Source: an uncultured bacterium (GTDB lineage: Bacteria; Bacillota; CAZWXO01). From it: DNA of 46,245 nt. The stretch lies in NCBI GenBank assembly GCA_964637885.1, contig CAZWXO010000005.1, forward strand, positions 1 to 46,245. Direction: 5' to 3'. Below the pieces are notes generated by a model. The model saw nothing but the letters and a program-made list of their open reading frames with translations. It searched no databases and was not told the DNA's origin. Every line of letters begins with the position of its first letter. The stretch's first letter is position 1. This document shows positions 38,891 through 46,245 of the stretch, in pieces. The position numbers and the translations under genes are program-made.

Positions 38891-39559
38891 ATGGCTAAAT
38901 TATGGTGGGTAATCTTACTTGCATTTTGCCTGGCAGGAGTTTCCGGCATCGAAGCCGAAGCGGGCAAGCATGTCGAGGAGGAGCCTGTTTTCGTGTGCCG
39001 GCATCTTTCAACGGCAGTCGCGCAAAAAATAACCGGACTTTCTTATCGGAAAGGTTGCCCCGTTGGTTATCAGGATCTGCGGCTCGTAGAGGTCGGCTAT
39101 TGGGATTTTAGTGGCCAGCCACGTCAGGGAGAGCTGATTGTTCATGCGAGTGTTGCCCGGGAAGTGCGAGATATATTCATGGAGCTATATGAACAAAAAT
39201 ATCCTATTGCCAAAATGCGTCTCATTGATGAATATGGCGCCGATGATATGCGGTCGATGGCTGACAATAATTCTTCTGCTTTTAACTATCGGGTTATGAG
39301 CGGGACTTCGGGTAAGCTTTCACGCCATGCCTACGGCGTTGCCATCGATATTAACCCGATTCAAAACCCTTATGTGAAAAACGGCCTCGTCAAACCTGCG
39401 GCAGGCAAAGCTTATCTGGACCGCAGTCAAGTTCAGCCAGGGATGATAACGAAAGATGATGTAGTTTACGACGCCTTCATCCGACGGGGGTGGAGTTGGG
39501 GCGGTGAGTGGAGCAGCCTCAAAGATTATCAGCACTTTGAAAAGCCGATCCCCCGCTAG
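38891..39559 (+). CDS. Secreted M15-family zinc peptidase (D-Ala-D-Ala/L-Ala-D-Glu peptidase-like)
   Basis: Signal peptide, SAFNYR, SRHAYGVAID (SxHxxGxAxD) and DYQHFE motifs. Confidence 0.88.
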   Translation: MAKLWWVILLAFCLAGVSGIEAEAGKHVEEEPVFVCRHLSTAVAQKITGLSYRKGCPVGYQDLRLVEVGYWDFSGQPRQGELIVHASVAREVRDIFMELYEQKYPIAKMRLIDEYGADDMRSMADNNSSAFNYRVMSGTSGKLSRHAYGVAIDINPIQNPYVKNGLVKPAAGKAYLDRSQVQPGMITKDDVVYDAFIRRGWSWGGEWSSLKDYQHFEKPIPR

Positions 39560-41223
39560 TCCTTCCACGCAAAGAGGGTCAATCGGCCTGAATTGAGTAT
39601 TGCGAGCATCGCTCCGCTGATATTGGCGATGACAGCACCCCAGATTGAAGCAACCCCAAAAAATCCGGCCAGCAGGATCAAGGCCTTAATGACTAAGACC
39701 AAGGCGATGTTTTGACGGGCGATCAGAGCCGTTTTTCGGGCCACGGCAATCGCTAAGGAAATGCTGTTTAATTGATTTGTCATTAAGACAACGTCGGCGG
39801 CGTTGATTGCCGTGGCCGACGCCGGGGATCCCATGGCTAAACCAACTTCACACATCGTCAGCGCTGATGCATCGGCAGCACTGGAGCCGACATAGATGAC
39901 GGCCTTTTTGGGATCGGCGTTGCGGGATAGATTAGCGACAAGTTCAATTTTATCCGCTGGCTGTAATTCTGCGTAAACCTCGCCGATCCCAAGGCGAGCG
40001 GCTTGTTCGCCAGCTGATTCGTGATTGCCGCTACTGAGAAGAATTATGCGGGCAATGCCCATGCGGCGCAACTTTTCGATGGCAACCGGAGCATCCTGTC
40101 GGACATACTCCTTTAGAGTAATCACTCCGAGATAGCTTCCGGCAGTGCTGACAAGGAGGTAATGCTCAGCTTCGGGGGGCGAGATAAGCCCGGCAATTTG
40201 ATTTCGGGCGAAGTAATCGAAGCTGCCTGTCATAAACTCAGCCCCCCGAGATGTGACAGTGATTCCGTGGCCGGTATTTTCGACAGATGAATCCCCTTCG
40301 TAAGCGGAAGGGACCTCCCCGAACATTTCCAGCACTCCGGTTGCATAGTTACTTGTCGAGCGGCTCTGTGCGATTGCGGCTGCCTCGATGACAGTTTCAG
40401 CTGAAACGCCGGGGGCAGGAATAATCTGGTCGACACAAAAGGAATCCTTGGTCAGGACGCCCTTACTATCGAAGATTATCTCTCCCGCTCGCGCCAAAGC
40501 CGATAAATAGTTACTCCCTTTAAAGAAGATCTGTCTCCGAGAGGCTAGACCAATGCCGGCAAAGAAAGTAATCGGAATCGCTATAACCAGAGAGCAAGGG
40601 CAGGAAGCGACCAGGATAATCAAAGCGCGGTAGCTCCACACAGCAAAGTCACCCCCCCAAAAAACAGGCGGCAGCAAGGCCACAGCTAAAGCTAAAACGA
40701 TGACAATGGGAGTGTAGTAGCGGGCAAAGCCGGTAATCATTTTTTCTGCCGGGGCTTTGTCGTGGAGGACGCCGCTGATTTGCTCGGGGTACGGATCAGG
40801 TAAGGCGACAATGTCTTGCTTGGATCGGCGGACTGCATTAATTTCCAGCCTCTCTCCGAGCATGAAGAGGAGCATGATCAAGGCTGCCTCCCCATAAGCG
40901 CCTAAAAAAAAGGCACCTATTGAGGTTAGGGTCACGAGGAATTTTTCATCGAAAAATTTTCCATGAAGAATGTTGCGGGCAGCTTTTAACACAATGTCCC
41001 AGCCAGACAAGGCCCAAGCCCCCAAGGCCAGATATTTATCCAGCTGCTCGGGAGCAAGATTGCTTAGGAGTAGCAACAAAAAAAGGATAGCTAGCAAGGA
41101 GCGCGCAACACGGAGGCCTTTTTTTTCAAGCTGACTATCCTCCCACAAAAGCGCAGTGGCTGAGGGAAAAAGTTCACCGCCTGTGCTGTGAATTTTTTTT
41201 TGGTAATTCTCTTCCGAATCCAA
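39556..41223 (-). CDS. Degenerate P1B-type (CadA/ZntA-like) ATPase homologue lacking the actuator domain; probable pseudoenzyme
   Basis: The CadA-like backbone is clear (KAP..ITGFARYYTP, YRAL..LVASCPC, KGSNYL, AEL.PADK, AADVV, QNI), but TGES and the A-domain are absent and DKTGT, HP, TGD and GDGIND are substituted. ORF is uninterrupted. TTG start at 41223 after GGAGGG (alternative ATG at 41244). Confidence 0.85.
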   Translation of the reverse strand: MDSEENYQKKIHSTGGELFPSATALLWEDSQLEKKGLRVARSLLAILFLLLLLSNLAPEQLDKYLALGAWALSGWDIVLKAARNILHGKFFDEKFLVTLTSIGAFFLGAYGEAALIMLLFMLGERLEINAVRRSKQDIVALPDPYPEQISGVLHDKAPAEKMITGFARYYTPIVIVLALAVALLPPVFWGGDFAVWSYRALIILVASCPCSLVIAIPITFFAGIGLASRRQIFFKGSNYLSALARAGEIIFDSKGVLTKDSFCVDQIIPAPGVSAETVIEAAAIAQSRSTSNYATGVLEMFGEVPSAYEGDSSVENTGHGITVTSRGAEFMTGSFDYFARNQIAGLISPPEAEHYLLVSTAGSYLGVITLKEYVRQDAPVAIEKLRRMGIARIILLSSGNHESAGEQAARLGIGEVYAELQPADKIELVANLSRNADPKKAVIYVGSSAADASALTMCEVGLAMGSPASATAINAADVVLMTNQLNSISLAIAVARKTALIARQNIALVLVIKALILLAGFFGVASIWGAVIANISGAMLAILNSGRLTLFAWKD

Positions 41224-41253
41224 ATAAAAATGCCCTCCGAACATAATAATGCT

Positions 41254-42609
41254 TTAATACTTAAGGGCTCTCAGCCAATAATCGGTGATAATGCTTTGGC
41301 CGTAAGTCGTGCCCGGGACGGCCCACCGCGCATTCAACTCCAGCCAGTATGGTTGATTCGAGCGATTGACATAGACAAACCTAGGGCTAAGCAAGGTTTT
41401 GCCAGCTGGAAGGGGCTTGTTTGTCGCATATGCCCATAGATGCTGGATGTGGGCCTCGACGCCTGCCCGGGGAGAAGAAAAGATTGCCCCGTGTTTGCCG
41501 GCTTCAAAGCGCACCTGTTTGGGGTCGGCTCCGTTTAAGGGCTCACGCCCTGTACAGGGGGTGCCGACGGCTCCCAGTCCACAATAATTGTTTGTCCAAG
41601 GCTCGACATCGCCAGTGTACTGAAAATAACCTGTCTCTTTGGCTGCTTGAGCCAGGGCGACATCGCCACGGATGCCATACGCTTTGCCAATTTCAAGGTA
41701 AAGCTGCGCTATATTTGCGGGGATTGGGTATGCCCCTCGGCCGTATCGAGATTGCAGGGTTGGGGTAAGTCGCTTAACCTCGGCGGCAAGCCAGTTGCTT
41801 AGCTGGGTGGCATTGAGCCGAGACTCTCCAAAAATGCTGAAGGTCGCCAAGGTTAATTTTTCGCCGCTTGGCAGGGTGATGACAGGCTGGAATTTTTTGA
41901 GTTCAGCAAGCTGCACCCGAAAGCGGTCAAGCTGAGCCTGACTGTAATTCGCCGGGTCGGCGCTGGCTAAGGTGCGGAGATTAATAATTTTACTGTCGAG
42001 CAATCGGATATTTGTGCCATAAGTCGATAGCGATTGCAACATTTGCTTGTCAGCCAGATTAGTGATTGTCGGAACGACTGGCGCAGCAGGCTCTGGGGTC
42101 ACTGGCTCTGGAGTTATCGGTGCCGGGTTAACGCTCTGAGTCGAGTCAGTAAAGACAGCGTGGCGCTTGCTATTGTCCCAAGAGGCTGTGATCGCCAAGG
42201 CATTAGCCAAGACACGCATCGGAACATAGGTGCGTCCGTCTTTGCCGATGTAAGGCTTTCCAGTCGAAGCATCGGTGGCAACCTTGACCCCTTCGACGAT
42301 TATTTCTACATCCTCTCCCGCAGTAGTGCGGGTGGGGAGGGGGTAATTGAAGTCTTTATAGACAACGGCCTGCAGGCCAGGCTTATTCCAGCTGACCTTA
42401 ACCCCTAAGGCATCGCCAACCATCCGCAAAGGTACATAAACCCTTCCCTGGACAATGATGCCCCGGGTAGCATCCGTTGGGGTAATCGTTTTTCCATTCA
42501 CAATAATCGTGAAATCCTCTTCAAGAGGTAAGGCCAGAGCTGGCCCAGTATTTATTAAAGAAAAAGCAAGCATGAATGTGATCGTTAGAGCTGTATACTT
42601 AGATTTCAT
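41254..42609 (-). CDS. Secreted protein with two copper-amine-oxidase N-terminal (stalk) domains and a C-terminal glucosaminidase (GH73-like) domain
   Basis: Signal peptide, two GRxYVPxR...LG..xxWd modules, a Pro-rich linker, then AQAAKETGYF, NNYCGLGA and F.SPRAGVEAHIQHLWAYA. Confidence 0.82.
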   Translation of the reverse strand: MKSKYTALTITFMLAFSLINTGPALALPLEEDFTIIVNGKTITPTDATRGIIVQGRVYVPLRMVGDALGVKVSWNKPGLQAVVYKDFNYPLPTRTTAGEDVEIIVEGVKVATDASTGKPYIGKDGRTYVPMRVLANALAITASWDNSKRHAVFTDSTQSVNPAPITPEPVTPEPAAPVVPTITNLADKQMLQSLSTYGTNIRLLDSKIINLRTLASADPANYSQAQLDRFRVQLAELKKFQPVITLPSGEKLTLATFSIFGESRLNATQLSNWLAAEVKRLTPTLQSRYGRGAYPIPANIAQLYLEIGKAYGIRGDVALAQAAKETGYFQYTGDVEPWTNNYCGLGAVGTPCTGREPLNGADPKQVRFEAGKHGAIFSSPRAGVEAHIQHLWAYATNKPLPAGKTLLSPRFVYVNRSNQPYWLELNARWAVPGTTYGQSIITDYWLRALKY

Positions 42610-42821
42610 GGGTTCCTCCTGATTTAGAATGAATTTAAAGTGCCGAGATCCTTGGCCAATCTGCAAAAAGCCGAAGCGTCAGCTTCGCTGGGCCATGTCT
42701 CATTATAACTTATTGACACTGAAATTGGATACGATGTTCCATATTTTATTTGGAAATAAGAGTAGCGCAAAAAGGTTTTTCAGGTATAATGATAGCAAAA
42801 AGGTATAACTGAGGTGGAATT

Positions 42822-44096
42822 TTGAAGGTATTGTTGGTCGAAGACTCAATATCCGTCGGGAAAACACTGGCAGCTGAGTTGTCGGTCTACAACTATGAAA
42901 TAATGGGTCCTGTCGCAACCGGCGAGGAAGCGCTCGCAGTTTGCCGGCGTGAGACTCCGGATGTTGTCTTAATGGATATCGAACTATCCGGTGAGATGGA
43001 CGGAATTGAAGCCGCGCATCGACTTCAAGGCGGGCGACAGATTCCTGTCATCTATTTAACAGGGCGAGTCGAGACATCCACTTTAGAAAAAGCCATTGAG
43101 AGCGGTTCTTCCACCTATCTGATTAAACCAGTGCGGGCAGCCGAGTTGCATGCCAATATTCAGATGACTCTTCGGCTATCAAGTATGCAAAAAGCTTTGC
43201 AGGAGAGTGAATCAAAGTACAAGTATCTGCTGGATAATATTTACGATGGCTACGCATATCACCGTGTGGTGCGAGATTCCCAGGGTGAAGTAGTTAATTT
43301 TGTCATCACAGAAGTCAACGATGCTTTTGTAAAGCTTTTTAAAACCGACCTGCCCAGCTGCCTGGAAAAGCATCTCATCACGTTTTTTCCGGAGATTGCT
43401 GGTGCGGAAATCGACGCCATGACGGCCTTGGCAAACGTAGTCAAGTTCAAAAAGACCTGGCAATTGGCAAAGATTTTTGCCGCCGGACCGGGCCGATGGT
43501 TTTCGTTACAAGCAGCAAGCCCGCAGCCTGACCATTTGGCGATTGTCTTTGCAGACATTACCGAGCGGGTTAAAGCCGAGGAAAATATTCGCTTTCTGGG
43601 TTTTCATGATCCTTTGACTGCTCTGTTCAACCGGGCATTTTTTGAGACGGAGTATGAGAGGCTCGATCAAGAGCGGCAATTGCCCCTGTCCGTTATTTTT
43701 GCCGAGATGAACAATTTAAAATACATCAACGACACTTTCGGACATACTGTCGGCGACGATTGTCTGGTACAGGTGGCGGATATTTTGAAAGACGCCTGCC
43801 GCCGGGAGGATATTGTCTGTCGTTGGGGCGGTGATGAATTTGTGATTTTGCTACCGGAAACGACGAATGATGTCGGCAATAAAATATGTGACCGGATCAG
43901 ACGCCGGTGCCGGCAGATGGTGTGCCCTGGTGCTGATGCTCTCTGCCCCGGGATAGCTATGGGCTGCGCCACTAAGGGAATAGCTCGGCAAAATTCCAAG
44001 GACGTGTTCAAGGAAGCTGAGGCGAGAATGTATTTAGATAAGGCCGCGACGGCCGCGCTGCAGCGTTCAGCGGAAACATTAGACGAAGGAAAATAA
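42822..44096 (+). CDS. REC-PAS-GGDEF diguanylate cyclase response regulator
   Basis: REC (VED, LMDIEL, KP), PAS, HDPLTALFNR and RREDIVCRWGGDEF (RxxD I-site present). TTG start with GAGGTGG RBS. Confidence 0.88.
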   Translation: MKVLLVEDSISVGKTLAAELSVYNYEIMGPVATGEEALAVCRRETPDVVLMDIELSGEMDGIEAAHRLQGGRQIPVIYLTGRVETSTLEKAIESGSSTYLIKPVRAAELHANIQMTLRLSSMQKALQESESKYKYLLDNIYDGYAYHRVVRDSQGEVVNFVITEVNDAFVKLFKTDLPSCLEKHLITFFPEIAGAEIDAMTALANVVKFKKTWQLAKIFAAGPGRWFSLQAASPQPDHLAIVFADITERVKAEENIRFLGFHDPLTALFNRAFFETEYERLDQERQLPLSVIFAEMNNLKYINDTFGHTVGDDCLVQVADILKDACRREDIVCRWGGDEFVILLPETTNDVGNKICDRIRRRCRQMVCPGADALCPGIAMGCATKGIARQNSKDVFKEAEARMYLDKAATAALQRSAETLDEGK

Positions 44097-44102
44097 ACAG
44101 CG

Positions 44103-44462
44103 ATGAGAAAAAATGAATCCGGGAATATGGCAATCATTAACTTAGAGGAAGGGATGCCCACGGCTGATTTAGCCAAAAAGAAGATGATTGCTGGTTTAGA
44201 AAAGATTAAAAAACAGGGAGGAGGGCCAGTAAAAATCATCCATGGTTATGGGTCAAGTGGTCAAGGCGGAGCGATTCGGTTGGCGATCCAGAAGAGTCTA
44301 GCATTGCGGCGCGAGAGTGGTTGGATTAAAGCCTACGTGCCGGGTGAAAAGTGGGAAATTTTTAACGACGAAGCCCGCCGGATAATTGACCTGGCTCCTG
44401 GGATAAGACAAGATAAAGATTTGGGGCGCAGCAATCTGGGAGTATCAATTATTTTTTTATAG
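44103..44462 (+). CDS. Stand-alone Smr-domain protein
   Basis: INLEEGMPT..A, KIIHGYGSSG.GG.IR and N.G.SII motifs. True start possibly 44127. Confidence 0.8.
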   Translation: MRKNESGNMAIINLEEGMPTADLAKKKMIAGLEKIKKQGGGPVKIIHGYGSSGQGGAIRLAIQKSLALRRESGWIKAYVPGEKWEIFNDEARRIIDLAPGIRQDKDLGRSNLGVSIIFL

Positions 44463-44571
44463 TGGCAGGATAAACTCAAACAGATGTCGTAGAATCTATG
44501 ATAGGTCGCTAGCGGCAACTTTGTGAGGTTGCGTGCTTGGACAACCAAAATTTTTTAAGGGGGCGGTTTCC

Positions 44572-44829
44572 ATGATATTTGATGACAAGTACCTAGTTTT
44601 GAAGCTCAAAGACGTTGACAGGTTTCTTACTCCCATGGAAAAAGCGGAACTGGCGGGAATGATTCGTAAAATGGACGAAGAGCGGGAAAAATTAGGCAAA
44701 GAGACTGGCAACAGATACTATGTCGTAAATGTGGAATATCCCATGGCACGCGACATTGAAGGTGTGTTTGAGAAATACGGCATGGCCAAGACAGGAACGT
44801 CGACGCCAGATGCCGTATTTTTAAAATAG
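44572..44829 (+). CDS. Hypothetical protein (85 aa), possibly of a phage-associated family
   Basis: AAGGGGG RBS; sequence pattern KYLVLKLKDVDRFLT...G...RYYVVNVEYP. Confidence 0.6.
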   Translation: MIFDDKYLVLKLKDVDRFLTPMEKAELAGMIRKMDEEREKLGKETGNRYYVVNVEYPMARDIEGVFEKYGMAKTGTSTPDAVFLK

Positions 44830-44845
44830 GAAACGAGCAATATGC

Positions 44846-44887
44846 GTAACATTTGTTACTTCACTTGTCAGCAAGTTGTGGCATAAT
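44846..44887 (+). promoter_or_regulatory. Palindromic operator plus extended -10 promoter of the cupin gene
   Basis: GTAACA-TT-TGTTAC (44846-44859) and TGgCATAAT (44879-44887), with no good -35 hexamer. Confidence 0.6.
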
Positions 44888-44944
44888 CTCCCTACAGGGC
44901 GAAACTCCGAAAAACTGTTTTGCCCTTGAAGGGAGGCAACTATA

Positions 44945-45295
44945 ATGGGAATCAAAGTTGCAGAGGGTGGCACACTAAGCGCTGGTAAAGCTTACAGCGT
45001 CAAGGAATTATTGGCTTATCAGGATGGTGCGGTGATTAGTCGCCAATTAGCTGGCACTTCGGGCGGTACAGTGACAATGTTCGCTTTCGACCAGGGCCAA
45101 GGTCTCAGCGAGCACACTGCGCCATTCGATGCGATGGTGATGGTCTTGGATGGAGAGGTCGAAATTAGCATTTCGGGAGTCGCATTGCCGGTTGGCGCCG
45201 GTGAAGTGGTCATCATGCCAGCTAATGAGCCTCACGCCTTGCAGGGGATCACTGCTTTCAAGATGCTGCTTATAATGCTTAAATCGACAAAGTAA
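44945..45295 (+). CDS. Cupin domain protein
   Basis: FAFDQGQGLSEHTAPFDA...LDGE...MPANEPHAL. AAGGGAGG RBS. Confidence 0.9.
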   Translation: MGIKVAEGGTLSAGKAYSVKELLAYQDGAVISRQLAGTSGGTVTMFAFDQGQGLSEHTAPFDAMVMVLDGEVEISISGVALPVGAGEVVIMPANEPHALQGITAFKMLLIMLKSTK

Positions 45296-45314
45296 ACGGA
45301 AAATAACACTGCTT

Positions 45315-45348
45315 AGCCTTGGCATTTACGAAAGTGTCAAGGCTTTTT
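45315..45348 (+). terminator. Rho-independent terminator after the cupin gene
   Basis: AGCCTTGGCATTT-ACGA-AAGTGTCAAGGCT stem followed by TTTT. Confidence 0.8.
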
Positions 45349-45496
45349 CATCTAATTTTGACGAGCTGGCAGTTAAGCAAGCACTTGCCATACATTGTGC
45401 TATAATGTGAAAGGTGGCAGATGCTGCAAGGCTTTGATGTCAGATGTGCACTGTCAGCTACCGATGGAACATGAGGTCAGGAAAGGGGATAAAAGA

Positions 45497-46245
45497 ATGA
45501 AAAGGTTAGCATTGGTCTTTGGAATGGTTTTCTTGGTCGGAGCTTTCCTCGTTGCCTGTGGAGGAACAGGCGAAGAAGTCAGCGAATTGCAAAAGCCTCC
45601 GTTTATCGAAGTTGAGGACATGGATGCCGAGGGAGGCGCGGATTTGGCTGGAGCAGGCGGTGACAACCTCAATTCACGCTTTTACAAGCATAACGATTAC
45701 TACAATATGGTCGACGATGAAACTTTGACGATTATTGAAAAATATCGCCCTATCCTGCAGACGACAGAATGGACCTGCGGCAACTCGATGGCCGTCGGTG
45801 TCCTGAATCACTACGGGATTACAAAATATGACGAGCAGACCTGCGCCGCCATGGCCACGTCTAATGACGAGACTGGCACGACACTGGATGGTTTGGTAGA
45901 GTTCTTCAAAGGTGTGCCGGAAGTAAAAATTGTTGAAGCGGCACCGTATGGGACTCAGGATAAAACGAAAGCCCCATTTAGCTCCAGCTCCCTCTACGCT
46001 GGCGAAAATTCCGATGATACCGAAGCATGGGTTGACGATGCTGCGGATTCATATTTTATTCAGTGGCTGGTCGGCCATATTCAGGGGAATCGTCCGATAA
46101 TGGTCAACTGGGTTGACTGGGGCGGGCACTGGCAAGCGATCATCGGCTATGACAACAATGGCACACCTGTTATTTCTGACGACGTCCTAATTATGGCCGA
46201 TCCTTACGATACGACAGATCAATGGGAAGATGGCTACTATGTTGT
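45497..46245 (+). CDS. Lipoprotein with papain-like/C39-type cysteine peptidase domain (3' partial; absent from the ORF track)
   Basis: My own translation gives MKRLALVFGMVFLVGAFLVAC (lipobox), LQTTEWTCG (Gln...Cys), VNWVDWGGHWQAIIGYD (His) and IMADP (Asp). The frame is open to the window end. Confidence 0.82.
   Translation, partial: MKRLALVFGMVFLVGAFLVACGGTGEEVSELQKPPFIEVEDMDAEGGADLAGAGGDNLNSRFYKHNDYYNMVDDETLTIIEKYRPILQTTEWTCGNSMAVGVLNHYGITKYDEQTCAAMATSNDETGTTLDGLVEFFKGVPEVKIVEAAPYGTQDKTKAPFSSSSLYAGENSDDTEAWVDDAADSYFIQWLVGHIQGNRPIMVNWVDWGGHWQAIIGYDNNGTPVISDDVLIMADPYDTTDQWEDGYYV

Noticed and set aside
39556-41223. Calling the P1B-ATPase homologue either a functional cadA/zntA or a pseudogene
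   Set aside because: The catalytic motifs and A-domain are missing, so it cannot be a normal pump. The frame is intact with an RBS, so pseudogene status is unsupported.
42610-42700. Hairpin GCGAAGC-TGAC-GCTTCG in the glucosaminidase leader as a c-di-GMP or c-di-AMP riboswitch
   Set aside because: The conserved aptamer sequences are missing and the leader is short.
202-46245. Numerous 60-210 aa ORFs in the track overlapping larger genes (e.g. 5056-5535, 7040-7684, 11940-12533, 20554-21036, 23041-23562, 35211-35726, 43667-44239)
   Set aside because: They are antisense or off-frame shadows of well-supported genes, with no RBS or recognisable motifs.
1-46245. CRISPR arrays, tRNA/rRNA genes, IS elements, prophage or defence systems
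   Set aside because: No regularly spaced repeats, cloverleaf or rRNA signatures, transposase/integrase motifs or defence-gene signatures were recognised by eye. A tool scan was not possible.

Overview
A 46 kb chromosomal window from a Bacillota (Firmicutes) bacterium, probably clostridia-like. The evidence for this is sigmaA/sigmaH-type promoters, veg, rnmV, a yabE-like gene, a split transketolase and the ftsEX-M23-S41-uvrBAC gene order. Most genes are on the + strand. In order it contains: (1) a cell-wall polysaccharide locus (DUF4330, Wzy/O-antigen-ligase family, two glycosyltransferases, a MurJ flippase fused in one ORF to a CsaB pyruvyltransferase, TagA/WecB); (2) two-subunit transketolase, ftsE-ftsX, an M23 coiled-coil protein and an S41 protease; (3) an inserted cytoplasmic PAS kinase + REC-HDOD + REC-X module and a TetR gene; (4) uvrBAC and trpS; (5) SIMPL, dpaL, REC-HD-GYP and Hpt genes; (6) tatD-yabE-like-rnmV-rsmA-veg; (7) an EamA transporter, a CheY-CheC-diguanylate cyclase module, an M15 peptidase, a degenerate P1B-ATPase, a glucosaminidase, REC-PAS-GGDEF, Smr, a cupin and a partial C39-like lipoprotein. 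No rRNA, tRNA, CRISPR array or transposase was recognised. The two strongest candidates for something new are an open-frame P1B-type ATPase homologue that lacks the whole actuator domain and has nearly every catalytic motif substituted (39556-41223, minus strand), and the MurJ-CsaB fusion (4657-7305). All family calls come from reading motifs by eye; no database search was run, so novelty is unverified.
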